DNA of 63,796 nt, the filler included, from Octopus bimaculoides (taxonomy: Eukaryota): assembly GCF_001194135.2 (NCBI RefSeq). It is 7 parts of 6 records of this genome, joined end to end, with 100 filler letters (N's around TTAATTAATTAA, not from the genome) between each part and the next. Parts side by side here need not be neighbours in the genome. Positions count along the whole stretch, not along the records: positions 13,799 to 33,876 come from NC_068982.1; positions 33,977 to 39,527 come from NW_026325607.1; 5 more parts are not named here. One strand, given 5' to 3'. The notes below the pieces were generated by a model that was not told where the DNA came from, made no database searches, and saw only the letters and a list, made by a program, of their open reading frames with translations. The translations under genes were made by a program, and so were the position numbers. Shown here in pieces: positions 22,449 to 36,060 of this stretch (position 1 is the stretch's first letter; every line of letters starts with the position of its first letter).

Positions 22449-25400
22449 TTATAATGGCTGAAATATCAGAAAACATTACAATAAAAAAAAATTATCCCTG
22501 AAATAGTCAAACTAGAACCAAAATCCGAAATCAAATAAAGAAACACATACAACACAAAGACAACCATTGTTACTAAGACTAAAAGTTAGAAAATGAAAAT
22601 GCATGAATATGATCAATAATTTAACAAAACAATATCAGCAAACCACTAATGGCTTAATTTCAACACTGAATGAAAAAAATGACGTAAACTGCTATAATAT
22701 TGTATTAGTTGCAACGATTGTGCAAAGGTTAGCCAACCCACATAACGTATAACACAAACATCTGCATTAATATCACAGAACTATATCATAAACAGAACAT
22801 ATTGCCCAGGTATTCTTCTTAATTAATTCAACAATAGCGAATGTCAGAATATTAGACCTGCTGATACTCTCGATGAAGACGAAATGTCTATAGATCGATT
22901 TTAACATATATTAGAACAGATTTGGTCCTGAAGACAATCAAACTTATTGATCATAATCTCACAGGCCATAAGTTAAGATTATTGCATTTACTAATAAGTT
23001 TGTCTTCTAATGCTAATATCTCGGAAATGGCTTACATTAGTCGGAGTGGCGTCCTTCTCGTGCTTATTTCTTTTACTACGTTTTGGCTCGTGTACGTTCC
23101 AGCGTTATTCAGATGTCTTTGTGCCTTGACTGGATTGATATAGGCCGACATAAGAACATCAAAGGAGTTAAGCCTTAAAATTTCCCTCAGTCCCTGCCTA
23201 TTGCCAAAACACAGATGATAAAAGCACCGGGTAATGTTTTGCAGTTACCTGGAAATTCTGAGTTCATTCCCAGGCAAGAATTAGTCTAAATAAGGCTGGA
23301 ATCTAACTAATACAATGAAGATGAGTACACACATCCCACTATTGTAAACAGTGTATATAATAATATCGCTTCTCAGAAATTGTATTGACTCGAAATTGTA
23401 TCTTGATTCTGCTTCATATTGAAGCCCAACCACCATATTTATTAGACTCATTTTCCTTCCACAGGATTCCCAATATATAGTGGCTAACACACCCTACACA
23501 TAACACCACTGCATGTTTTGTATTCCGTTACCCAAATCATTTCTGTCTGCTACACTTTAGAATTACATTAGTCGAGTTCCCTATTAAAGTTAAATATTTC
23601 AGACGAAGAAAAATATTAGAAATACTATCCGCAATATATTTCTTAGGCTTTTCAGACATATCTGAAATTCTAGGTGGATTTCAAAAGCAAAACGCATACT
23701 GACTCATCGGAAAGAAAATTCTGGTTACAAAGGACACCGGAAATGTAAACAACACCTCGTTTATTATTTTAACTTTTTAATGAGAAGTCCCTCAATAAAA
23801 TGGCTAATTATTAGATCTAGCAAATTTAGTAATTACTTACATCGAAATTACGTATCACCCTAAATCGTATGTACAACAGACTAAACAGAGAATACAAAGT
23901 TTACGTCGTCCTACATGACATCACACTTTATGCCATCTAATTGGGACACATTACTTAAAATTTATACGACGGGAAATGAGAAATAGTCTGTCATTTTTTT
24001 ATGTTACATGCTGCTCTAGCCGTTACCTTGAATAAAATGCTTCTCAATCATGTTTAAGACAAAACATTCACACATATTCCCACCTAAGATGTAGATAAGG
24101 AATAAAAGGAATCAACAACTCTAGGTAGGGACTGGACAAGTCCTGAGGTTATGGCAAGTTTGTCCAAATTTTGGTGATGAGAAATTTGTGAAAACAGCAA
24201 CTTATGCCGAGCAGACACTGAATTAAGGTGTGTATGAGTATATATTGCAAGTATTAAAGTCCCTGCATATCACTGTACAAGCAGGCTACATCTAAACAAC
24301 ACATCCTCTATACACACACAAACAACACGCACACACACACACACACATGCACGCACACCCACAGTGGTATGTATGTGTGCTTGTACATCAAAACTAATAC
24401 TTAAAACACTGTTAGACTTAAAGCGAGATGTTCTTTGTTTAATTTCTGTCTTACACATTTCTTTCCGGATGACTTGTTATATTGTGTTTCACCTTTCTGT
24501 GATTGAGTTTAAGATACTCAAATCCTGCTATATCGTCTATGCCTTATGCTAGCTCGCATTTTATGCCCGAGTCTGAATAAAACTTCCTTGTTTCTAAAAA
24601 AAATTAAAACGCATCGAAATTTTCTTAGGTATTTGTGAAATAGTATCGCAATGGGGAAAAAAGTCAAAGAATTAGAACGGTTACGTGGAATTAATATCTC
24701 TAAATAATTTGCAACTGTCACTCTTATAACCCGTATTAACTATGCAATAATTAGGAAATATTGCTTTTAAAGAATAATCTAATTTTATTGAGAAAACGTT
24801 TTGCTGAAAGTAATCATATAGGAATAACAATTTTAATACTTTTGACGATGGAAAATATTTCCAATTTTACATATGCTAAATATTTGCAATAGAAATTTTG
24901 CTCTCTCCTAATGTGAAGAGTTTCATCACCTGTACATATTTGCACTTTGTAAACAGAAAGTGATTATGAATCATTTGGTCCATGCTACGTGTATGATGTC
25001 AAAGGTTAGAAAACCAAATAGAAGCAACTAAAAATTTTAAATATTTTGCTTAATTCATGCGCTACCATAAATTGATTTTTGTTTTGCAATTTTATACGAC
25101 AACCTATATAAATGATCTTTAGGGGAATACATATTTCCCTGTAAATACAAATTGCACTTGATACACCACACTAACATATGATGGCACAATTTTCAAGAAT
25201 ATAATTAAACAACACTCTGTTTCATACTGGAACCTGAACCCAACTGTAAACACACAATAATCGAAGAACGAACTTCAACAGAAACACTGTTTAAATAGAT
25301 ATCTTGCAATCTGCATAAAATATGTAAACACTTATTTTCCAAAGGAGAATTATGGTTATATACTTCATGTCCCAGTTCATGCGTTGAAAATTTTGGAAAT

Positions 25401-26561
25401 AATGTGATAATAAATGAGTTCTACCGTCACCATCTTTCAAACTGGAACCGTCTTTGCATCCTTTACTGAGGAATAAAGAACTTTCAGAAATATATAAGTA
25501 ACACTAACAACTTTGCCACTCTCCCAAGATTAACAAGCTTTCTTACATTAGTTTTGGGAATTAAATTTATATGATTATAAATTTTGTTCGCTGTCTTTCG
25601 TATTTTCAGAATATTCTCGTGGGTGGATTGATGCTATGGAATTATTCAAAAATGTGTACTTAATTCTGTTATTAAAAATATTGCAAATGATGGACTTTTG
25701 TAATTTCAATCTCTGATTAAGCTTAACTTAGAGAGGTGGCTGTTATTTACATTTTGTAAGAAATGAACTATACCGGCTGTAAAGTGAACAATACAATGGA
25801 TTGTATGTAACAGCTGCAAAAGACCAGATTTATTGTATTTTTATTAACGCTACTAATTATATAATTTCGAAATATTCCATTACCGCAGACATTTCCTTTC
25901 CGGCATAACCATGAAAATCGCTAAGACAAAATACAATATAACATGAATATAATTTTATGCCTCACAATAAAAGTTCAAGTATTTATAAATCAAAGAACAC
26001 TGACAAAATCATTGAAACGCTGGATAAATGAATTTGTGTAATATATCCTGACTTTTTACGTTCGGGATTCAAAGCATCTTATGCCCAACTATATTTCGGA
26101 TCAATAACGTTTCACAAACTAAATAAAAACTCAACTATTTAGGATGCTGGTTAGAAAAAGCTCTACTTCTCATAATTTCTGGAACTGCACTGAAATTATA
26201 AATAGAATTCGCAAGAAAGGTGTATGACAAAAATAGCTTGGGTGAAAGGTCCTACTTACTTGAAGTATGAGGTTATAGATTGCAAAGCAACTCTTGGGTA
26301 AGAACTTGCACCCTTGAATGCTATGGCCATTCAGTATCTGATGAGCCGTTGTTTGTCCCAAAATGGTTTCCTCTACTAGTATGCGTGCATGATAAATGTG
26401 TTCTCATATTTTATACGACTTGTCTAATTCTTTATATAATTCTCCTCCTAACTTATCTCGCGTTCTTCCCCTCATCTTTTACTTAAACCTTCATCCGAAT
26501 TATAAACTTTTCATTCTATGACGACCTCATCAGATGGCTATTTGACGGAGAAATCGTTATG

Positions 26562-27475
26562 ATTATTCTTTTTGACTCAGATTTTGTTGGAACTCCTGGG
26601 TTTTTTCATGCGCAGCGGGTTTATTGCATGCAGCCCGCGGTACGATGTCTGTTTTTTTCAGCTATCTAATACTTCTTGATTATTCCGGAAACAAAACCTT
26701 TTGTAACAGTTCTACTGGGCACCTTATTGTAATTTCCCTGACAGTCCTACTTATGTCTTATGATACTCTCAAAAAGACCCAACACTAATGGGCACTATCT
26801 TCACTTTCTTCATTTGTCATTGCCGGGCTATTGGGAACTTGAGAGGATTATATTTATTTGTTTATTAGCCTTCCTTCTTGACGATTCATAAGTCGAACGG
26901 GCCACGAAACATCAACTCTATAGCACATGTGCATGTTGTGCACCAGGAATAGGTCTAGTCACTTATGCTCTAGCACCTGATCTGTCTGGATTGAATTATC
27001 CCTGAGGATATTGCAAGTCTCCGATCCTCCATTCTTTGCGGTTTGTGCTCATACCACGTCATGTCTTTCTCTAGCCTCCACTTTCCGCACACATTCCAAA
27101 GCAGCACTTTCTTTACCTCACTGTATCGCCCCAAATTGTAATGGCTTCGGGTAAGTCTAGGGCATTCTTTCGCGATATAGGTAATGATTTCGTCCAATCA
27201 AGTACAGGTGAAGCACAGTGGAGTCACTTGTAAGTTCTAATTATTGGCCAAAGTTTGATCTTGATCTGTAAGTTTAATTCTATCAGTCTAGAGTATCGTA
27301 TCATATTAATTATATACTTTGCGATAATCAATAAATTCCATGCTCAGGCTTGCGTGTCTTCTCTTGGACGTTCTGATTATTAGAATATCAACCAAGAAAT
27401 GATCTTTCGTTTCTTGGCTCCTTTTTCGACACTCATTCTGTTCAATAAGCAGCAGCCCAATTTTTTCTGAGTATC
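26562..27475 (-). mobile_element. Old, internally deleted R4/Dong-like element of a different family
   Basis: An RT piece (EQNECRKRSQETKDHFLVDILIIRTSKRRHASLSMEFIDYRKVY) is fused to a C-terminal part (EIITYIAKECPRL...VLLWNVCGKWRLEKDMTWYEHKP, MKKVKIVPISVG, PVELLQKV). The 3' end is a degenerate AATAATCATAA. Confidence 0.75.
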
Positions 27476-27574
27476 TATTCGTTGCTACTAATCATTGTTG
27501 CAATTCTTCCAATATCATAGCATACAATTTATCTCTTATTATACAGGGTGTTTGAAAAGTCTCTCCGGAGTAAG

Positions 27575-27761
27575 TATTTAATGGTTTTCGGGTCTTACAT
27601 TCCAAAACCTACCCCAGAAATAATTAAAATCTAAAAAATATAAATGCCTATTGGCCGCAGAAACCGCGATATAAATTTACATATATTAGCCAGAAAAATC
27701 CGCGATATACTGAGTGCGCGGGAGGTGAACCGCGATATGCCGAGAACGAGGGATTCCTATA
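27575..27761 (+). mobile_element. Right end of a pogo/Tigger-like non-autonomous DNA transposon
   Basis: Three CCGCGATAT subterminal motifs, ending GAACCGCGATAT...GAGGGATTCCTATA. The reverse complement resembles 14704-14750. Confidence 0.45.
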
Positions 27762-28402
27762 TCGGCATTTCATTCTTGCTATGCCTTGTTGATCATATTG
27801 GTATTCTTGCGATGTTGCTCATCCCATTACTTCTGCTTCATTTGTTGTTTGCTGACTGTGCATTTGCATTTACACTGTGCCCCACATCTTCACTACCACC
27901 ATTAATTTCTCGGCTTTCGCTAGGCACATTATTTGCTGGTGAACTATTATCACTGCTTTCCATTTTCCTTTTTATTTATTCAATTTCCATGTTTGTTAAC
28001 CACCTGTTTGTTCTTATTGCTCTTGCCTGGTCAAATAACCGTTAATCACATATCAAGAAGAGTCCTTCATAAATCCATTTCGATTTCATTTACTGTCGGT
28101 ACCCATTTCTACTGGATTCTCTTCTCATCCAGTAATCTATTACAGTTCGGCTTACCTCTTTATCCCTCCTTTTTCTCTGTGTCTGACTTTCTGTATATGC
28201 GGTCTCTGGACGATGACCGGGCCTGCGCTTCTGAACAACAGGTCACCAGCTGGGCGAAAGGCTTTCACCGTTGGCTCCAGGCCCATTCATAAACTCACCC
28301 ACTCAACCCGGTATGCCTCCCCATCGCCCCAACTTAAAAGCAGGGTTTATTGTAATGCGTCTAAGAAATATTTCGATCAGTCAAGTATTACGTAATGTAA
28401 CT

Positions 28403-28790
28403 CGCATGAAAGTGCAAAAAATTCATTCATGAACAGTGTGTAGAGGCATCATTGGTAACAGGCTCCAACAGAGGTCGTACAGTTCTAATTACCAGAATTA
28501 AACGTAGGCCAAGTGATGCAAATATTCTATTTATACTAAACAGAGTTCAGTTTCCGCTTCCACTTGCATATTCAATGACAATTAATAAGGCTTAAGGGCA
28601 AACATTTGAAAACGTTGGAATACATTTGCCACAACCGGTATATTCTCATGGCCTATTATATGAAGCATTTTCAAGAGTACGAGCTAATAACAATATCAAA
28701 GTAAGTGTTATGACGCTTAGTTGGGATAACAGACAAGGCCAACAATGTGGTGTGACATACACACAAAATATTGCCTACCATGAAACACTG
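28403..28790 (+). pseudogene. Helitron Rep/Helicase C-terminal fragment (PIF1-like helicase motifs V-VI)
   Basis: Reads EASLVTGSNRGRTVLI.RI...[43 protein letters not shown]...TQNIAYHETL, with an in-frame TAA and frameshifts. Confidence 0.88.
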
Positions 28791-29487
28791 GCCCTCCTCA
28801 TGATATGTGATACACATATTGTCATACACTAAGTAGCATGCTCCCATGATTAAGGTCAAGTAACTGATAAGCAAATCTGTGGTATTGAATAGAATAGCAC
28901 CTCTTCTAATACAAAACTTGTGCACGTTAATGTTTCCAATCAGTCAAGATCAGACGCCATGAGAGCCACGCGAAAAATAACTTCTAAGTGTAAGTCAAGG
29001 CGGCTTAACCGTATGAAATATTATCACGCTGAGTGTTGGGGAAATATTTATAGTCTCAATTGTGGGATGTTTTATTGCTTCAAATTCAAATTTTGATGTC
29101 TAGATTCGCGAGTGAAAGGATTATATTGTAAAAATGATTCTTCAGAAATGATGCTTCTTTCTCATATCCATTCTAACTGTGTAAACTTTGAATGTCATAA
29201 AAGGTTATGATATTTTGAACACCTGTAAACATAATTGGATGATTTTAAAGACAAATTGAAGACAATTTATAGAGAAGAAAGTGTGTAAAATGTTTAAATA
29301 ATATAGGGAAAAAAGGTGTATTAAAACTTAAATACTGATCGAAATGTTTTATTCATTTACGAGCAAAATGTGTGATATATGTACGTATGTGTGTGTGTGC
29401 ATATATACACGTATATATGTTTATATGCATATATATAAACATGTATGTATATGCATATATATATATATATGTATATGTATATATATA

Positions 29488-29698
29488 TCATCATCATCAT
29501 CATCATCATCGTTTAACGTCCGCTTTCCATGCTAGCATGGGTTGGACGATTTGACTGAGGACTGGTGAAACCGGATGGCAACACCAGGCTCCAGTCTGAT
29601 TTGGCAGAGTTTCTACAGCTGGATGCCCTTCCTAACGCCAACCACTCAGAGAGTGTAGTGGGTGCTTTTACGTGTCACCCGCACGAAAACGGCCACGC
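29488..29698 (-). mobile_element. SINE/LINE 3' part with a (GAT)n tail (family D), truncated by a gap
   Basis: The minus strand contains GGTTGGCGTTAGGAAGGGCATCCAGCTGTAGAAAC and ends GGACGTTAAAC-(GAT)7. Short tandem-repeat tails are typical of RTE-mobilised elements. Confidence 0.6.
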
Positions 29699-32600
29699 NN
29701 NNNNNNNNNNNNNNNNNNNNNNNNNNNNNNNNNNNNNNNNNNNNNNNNNNNNNNNNNNNNNNNNNNNNNNNNNNNNNNNNNNNNNNNNNNNNNNNNNNNN
29801 NNNNNNNNNNNNNNNNNNNNNNNNNNNNNNNNNNNNNNNNNNNNNNNNNNNNNNNNNNNNNNNNNNNNNNNNNNNNNNNNNNNNNNNNNNNNNNNNNNNN
29901 NNNNNNNNNNNNNNNNNNNNNNNNNNNNNNNNNNNNNNNNNNNNNNNNNNNNNNNNNNNNNNNNNNNNNNNNNNNNNNNNNNNNNNNNNNNNNNNNNNNN
30001 NNNNNNNNNNNNNNNNNNNNNNNNNNNNNNNNNNNNNNNNNNNNNNNNNNNNNNNNNNNNNNNNNNNNNNNNNNNNNNNNNNNNNNNNNNNNNNNNNNNN
30101 NNNNNNNNNNNNNNNNNNNNNNNNNNNNNNNNNNNNNNNNNNNNNNNNNNNNNNNNNNNNNNNNNNNNNNNNNNNNNNNNNNNNNNNNNNNNNNNNNNNN
30201 NNNNNNNNNNNNNNNNNNNNNNNNNNNNNNNNNNNNNNNNNNNNNNNNNNNNNNNNNNNNNNNNNNNNNNNNNNNNNNNNNNNNNNNNNNNNNNNNNNNN
30301 NNNNNNNNNNNNNNNNNNNNNNNNNNNNNNNNNNNNNNNNNNNNNNNNNNNNNNNNNNNNNNNNNNNNNNNNNNNNNNNNNNNNNNNNNNNNNNNNNNNN
30401 NNNNNNNNNNNNNNNNNNNNNNNNNNNNNNNNNNNNNNNNNNNNNNNNNNNNNNNNNNNNNNNNNNNNNNNNNNNNNNNNNNNNNNNNNNNNNNNNNATA
30501 TATACATACATATATCCATTCGTGTAGGCACAGTTCAGTTTGTTTTAACTACGCAATATGTTTACATAAAATAATTAGGATGTGTTTGATTTCAACGTAC
30601 ACAATACATTTTAAGCATAATAGAAAGAAAGATACAAATATTTGTAAACAACGATTTTATTGCTAGATATATATATTGAATATAATATCATTTTAGAACA
30701 TTTTTAATATCACCTATTTGAAGTAATGGCAAGGTAAGGTGTTCGAGTATATATCTCAATAGCAAAAAACAATTGATAATGATGAAATGAATGATTGCGA
30801 AACAAAAAACAAAAAAAACAACAAAAAAAAACAACCTAGAGTGATGCGTATTCCTGTGAGCTCTAAATTTATAATTTCAATTGGTAATATTTTACTTAAA
30901 TTACTGTATTCACCAACGTATACGAGCATCAACCTTTTACATACCGTATATATATATATATATATATACATATATGGCTCGTAATGAGACGCAGTTTAGG
31001 GCAGCTGTGTCAAATTCTCTTATACATCAGATGTGCCATCAAAACTCTCGATTGGACCATGTCAGGTGGGGGAGAAGAGCCATGCAAGGAACGTGAAAAT
31101 CACGGTGGTGCACCAGCATGACCGCAGCCACTTGGCTGAAGCACATTAAAATATATATATATATATATNNNNNNNNNNNNNNNNNNNNNNNNNNNNNNNN
31201 NNNNNNNNNNNNNNNNNNNNNNNNNNNNNNNNNNNNNNNNNNNNNNNNNNNNNNNNNNNNNNNNNNNNNNNNNNNNNNNNNNNNNNNNNNNNNNNNNNNN
31301 NNNNNNNNNNNNNNNNNNNNNNNNNNNNNNNNNNNNNNNNNNNNNNNNNNNNNNNNNNNNNNNNNNNNNNNNNNNNNNNNNNNNNNNNNNNNNNNNNNNN
31401 NNNNNNNNNNNNNNNNNNNNNNNNNNNNNNNNNNNNNNNNNNNNNNNNNNNNNNNNNNNNNNNNNNNNNNNNNNNNNNNNNNNNNNNNNNNNNNNNNNNN
31501 NNNNNNNNNNNNNNNNNNNNNNNNNNNNNNNNNNNNNNNNNNNNNNNNNNNNNNNNNNNNNNNNNNNNNNNNNNNNNNNNNNNNNNNNNNNNNNNNNNNN
31601 NNNNNNNNNNNNNNNNNNNNNNNNNNNNNNNNNNNNNNNNNNNNNNNNNNNNNNNNNNNNNNNNNNNNNNNNNNNNNNNNGTGTGTGTGTGTGTGTGTGT
31701 GTGTGACATTTGTGCGTGTCCGTCAGAGTGAGAATGAGTGAGCGGAGGTGTGTGTAGTCAGGTATGTATGATTTTGCAGTTATGTGTAAGTGGCGCACAC
31801 ACTCTCTCACTGTCTCTGTCTCGTATTATTTTTCCTATACATGAAGATAAACACATATGCATACATGTATTTTGTATGAATGTGTGCGTGTGCATGTGTG
31901 TGAGAGACAGTGAGAGAAAGAGAGTAGCTGTATTTCCTCATATCATATAAAGAAATCGATGTCCTTTAATGGAATATTTTTGAATGTGGTCTATTTTTAT
32001 GCAATATTTATGTGTTCATTTTCATAAATGTTTTTCTGAGTTGACCTCTACGCATGCGTGAAACATCTTACGAAAGGAAAACATTCAAATCATATCGAAA
32101 TATTGCTGAAAAATGACATCAAAGATGTGACTAATTCGCAGAAACATTACTTTTAATATCGACATATCGTCACTTTCTAATTTTCGTTCAAATTGTGTGA
32201 AACTAATTTGAATTTCTAATGAAAGCTGGTCATTGCAGAGCAGTGTATTTCAAATAACTATAGCTGCTTTTTGAGATAACGAAGAAAATATGTAAATGAA
32301 AACAAAGTTTATTCGGTAAACGAAAGATTACTGAATCTTCTGATACTCCCATTCGTCAAAATTGGCAACTCAGTTTTCGAATGCATAAGGAACATTCGCA
32401 CACATACTCAGACACATGTAAACTTTCTTATATTTATGTTGATAAACATACAAAAAGTGACAGAAACAACTACACACTTACAATACACACGCATATGTTT
32501 GCATATATGTTTTCTTTTTCTTCCAATAAACTAATAAACAACATAGGAGAGTCATATTTTACGTATATATAAATTATATTTCTATGTGTGACAACTCAGA

Positions 32601-33100
32601 TCGTATACATTTATATTTGATATGACATGCCATTTAAACATCTTCAAAGAAATGAAAGTGTAAGATTTTATTGAAATAGAGAAACAGAGGAGATATTATC
32701 CGCTGAATGTATCACATACTTCTGAAGTTTGACAACATAAAGACAACCATGTTTGATAAGCTTTTCTGTGTTTCAGTTTATGTACATAAATGATACATAA
32801 ACCGAATGAACTCTTACCAGGTTGTATGTCTCGAAGTAATTGTGTTCCTGGTGTTGAAGCCATTTTTTCTTTTTAATTCTCAGTGTTTCTAGTTATGTGA
32901 AAGAAGTAGATTGCAAAATATTCTTAGAAGGCTCACTCCCTCTTGGAAGGTATTCTCACTGACATTAAGGCTTGAAAGATCGGATGGTTCATAATTTAGT
33001 GATTAAAAACTGTTGTGCTGTTTAAGATTTGGAGCTCTATACGCATACACACATATATTCACGCATACGCACAAACTTTTATACACATACACACACACAC

Positions 33101-33140
<40 letters not shown>

Positions 33141-33143
<3 letters not shown>

Positions 33144-33303
33144 CATAGGTGTAGCTGTGTGGTAAGAAGTTTGCTACCCAGCTACATCGTTCAGGGTTCA
33201 GGCTGACAGCGTGATAACTTAGGCAAGTTTATTCATTTACACTACCATGCTGAACAAAGCTTTCTGAGTGGCTAAAGTGGACGAAAGCTGAAAGACGCGC
33301 TTT
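33141..33303 (+). mobile_element. SINE family A head, diverged
   Basis: GGTGTAGCTGTGTGGTAAGAAGTTTGCTACC...CTTAGGCAAG...GCTGAAAGACGC. Confidence 0.6.
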
Positions 33304-33304
33304 G

Positions 33305-33361
<57 letters not shown>

Positions 33362-33397
33362 CTCTCTCTCTCTCTATCTCTCTATCTATCTATCTCT
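33305..33397 (+). repeat. (TATC)n/(TC)n microsatellite
   Basis: Seen directly. Confidence 0.95.
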
Positions 33398-33876
33398 ACT
33401 GACGGACGTGCTGTCACATCGGCTGCATAGGTAAACGTTTTTTCTTACCTTACATTGCCCACATTTGTTAAAGATTTTTTCACAGGATCTGTGCGAAGCA
33501 CCCAAGCTTCATTTGTATATTTTTCGAAGGGAGAAATTGGCCCCTAGGGGCAGTTCCAGCCCCGTCAAAATATACATTGTTTCTCGGCATTTGGAAAATG
33601 TCAAGAAACATTGTTTTGGAACGCTGATCCAGTCCCTTCTTCGAACATCACTTCCCTAACCTTGGAACGCTAGAGAAGAAAAAGAATGAAAACTGCAAGC
33701 GCACACAAAAAGAAATTTCTAAGAACGTCATCAAAACAGCAACCACACATATTGACAGCCCTCTCACCACCACCACCACCACCACCACCACCAATATGAA
33801 AGCTATGTTTCCTATGATCACCACCGGCAACAGCAGCAGCAGCAGCAACGACAACAACAACAACGACAACAACAAC

Positions 33877-33976
33877 NNNNNNNNNNNNNNNNNNNNNNNN
33901 NNNNNNNNNNNNNNNNNNNNTTAATTAATTAANNNNNNNNNNNNNNNNNNNNNNNNNNNNNNNNNNNNNNNNNNNN
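33877..33976. other. Assembly spacer
   Basis: 12-mer at 33921-33932. Confidence 0.95.
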
Positions 33977-34011
<35 letters not shown>

Positions 34012-34717
34012 ACACATATATATATATATGGATGTAGGTATACATATGTGTATGTGTGTGTGTATACCAATTAAGCATACTTATTTCTTGAAGATTCCTA
34101 TGTGCCTCAAGGTGACACCCATTGAAACGCGTGTATACACGCAACCCGTCACACGCATGTGCGTGTGTGTAAACGCACACACACACACACACACATATAT
34201 ATATACACACAAACTCTTTAACATTTCATCTGTCTAACACCTCAGTACTAATTAAAAACACCCTCTCTCTGTCACACTCACACACACACACATATACAGA
34301 CACAGACACACATAGAATATTTGATAATTACAATACATATTATGTGCTATTATTAGTTTCACGTGCTGAGAGCATGCCAGACAGTGTCGCAGGACAATCA
34401 TCAGGCACTGCCCACATAGTATGAAAAACTAAAAATGAGACAATAGGATGAGAGAAAAAGCGTGAAAAATCGATAAGGAAGTAGAAATAAAATGTGGAAG
34501 TTTGAAAACCGGAAAACGAAAAACAAAACAGAATTATTAATCACCTACGGGCATCAACCGAAACATATATGTAGGATTTTAGTCCCTGTAATTTCTTTTA
34601 GGGCTTTATAATTTATAATTTATTTATATTGCTTTTATAAAAACATATTTCAACCTCATTATATCGCACAAATAAATTATTTACACATCCATAGTTCTCC
34701 ATTTTCTTCTTTTCATC

Positions 34718-34759
<42 letters not shown>

Positions 34760-35144
34760 NNNNNNNNNNNNNNNNNNNNNNNNNNNNNNNNNNNNNNNNN
34801 NNNNNNNNNNNNNNNNNNNNNNNNNNNNNNNNNNNNNNNNNNNNNNNNNNNNNNNNNNNNNNNNNNNNNNNNNNNNNNNNNNNNNNNNNNNNNNNNNNNN
34901 NNNNNNNNNNNNNNNNNNNNNNNNNNNNNNNNNNNNNNNNNNNNNNNNNNNNNNNNNNNNNNNNNNNNNNNNNNNNNNNNNNNNNNNNNNNNNNNNNNNN
35001 NNNNNNNNNNNNNNNNNNNNNNNNNNNNNNNNNNNNNNNNNNNNNNNNNNNNNNNNNNNNNNNNNNNNNNNNNNNNNNNNNNNNNNNNNNNNNNNNNNNN
35101 NNNNNNNNNNNNNNNNNNNNNNNNNNNNNNNNNNNNNNNNNNNN

Positions 35145-35179
<35 letters not shown>

Positions 35180-35397
35180 ATATACATGCATATGTATATA
35201 GTTATATATGCTTACATACATATACATATATACATATCTCTCTCTCTATGTGTATATATATGTATATACATATCTTTGTATATGTATATATATATTATAT
35301 TATACATATCTGTCTATATGTGTATATATATATATATGTGTGTATATGTGTATAAAAGTGTGTGTATATACAAATGCATACATATATACATGCATAC

Positions 35398-35429
<32 letters not shown>

Positions 35430-35454
35430 ATACACACACACACACACATACACG

Positions 35455-35830
35455 TTCTTTTGACTGTGGCCATGCTGGAGTACCGCCTTTTAGTCGAACA
35501 AATCGACCCCGGGACTTGTTCTTTGTAACTCTAGTAATTAATCTATCGGTCTATTTTGCCGAACCGTTAAGTTACGGGGACGTAAACACGCCAACATCTG
35601 TTGTCAAACGATGGTGGGAGGACAAACAGACACACAGATGCATATATACGGACGTAATTATATATACGGCAGGCTTCTTTCAGTTTCCCTCTACCAAATC
35701 CACTCACAAAGTTTCGGTCGGTCCGAGGGTATAGTAGAAGACACTTGCCTAAGGTGCCACACAGAGGGACTGAACCCGGAACCATGTAGTTCGGATGCAA
35801 ACTTCTTACCACACAGCCACTCTAGCGCCT
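35455..35830 (-). mobile_element. SINE family A copy
   Basis: Colinear with 41395-41843. Confidence 0.8.
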
Positions 35831-35838
35831 ATATATAC

Positions 35839-35874
<36 letters not shown>

Positions 35875-36022
35875 CTGTTTGTGCGTGTATCTACACGCAT
35901 TTATATACACACCCACACAAATATCTATATATACATACATTTTTATGTATATAGGTATGTTTTTGAGTACACACTCACATGTATATATAAGTCCGTATGT
36001 ATATGTATGTATATATATATGT

Positions 36023-36060
<38 letters not shown>

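Noticed and set aside
22690-22900. SCNDCAKVSQPT resembling a GIY-YIG endonuclease start
   Set aside because: The Y.G core is missing and the frame closes at once; too weak to call.
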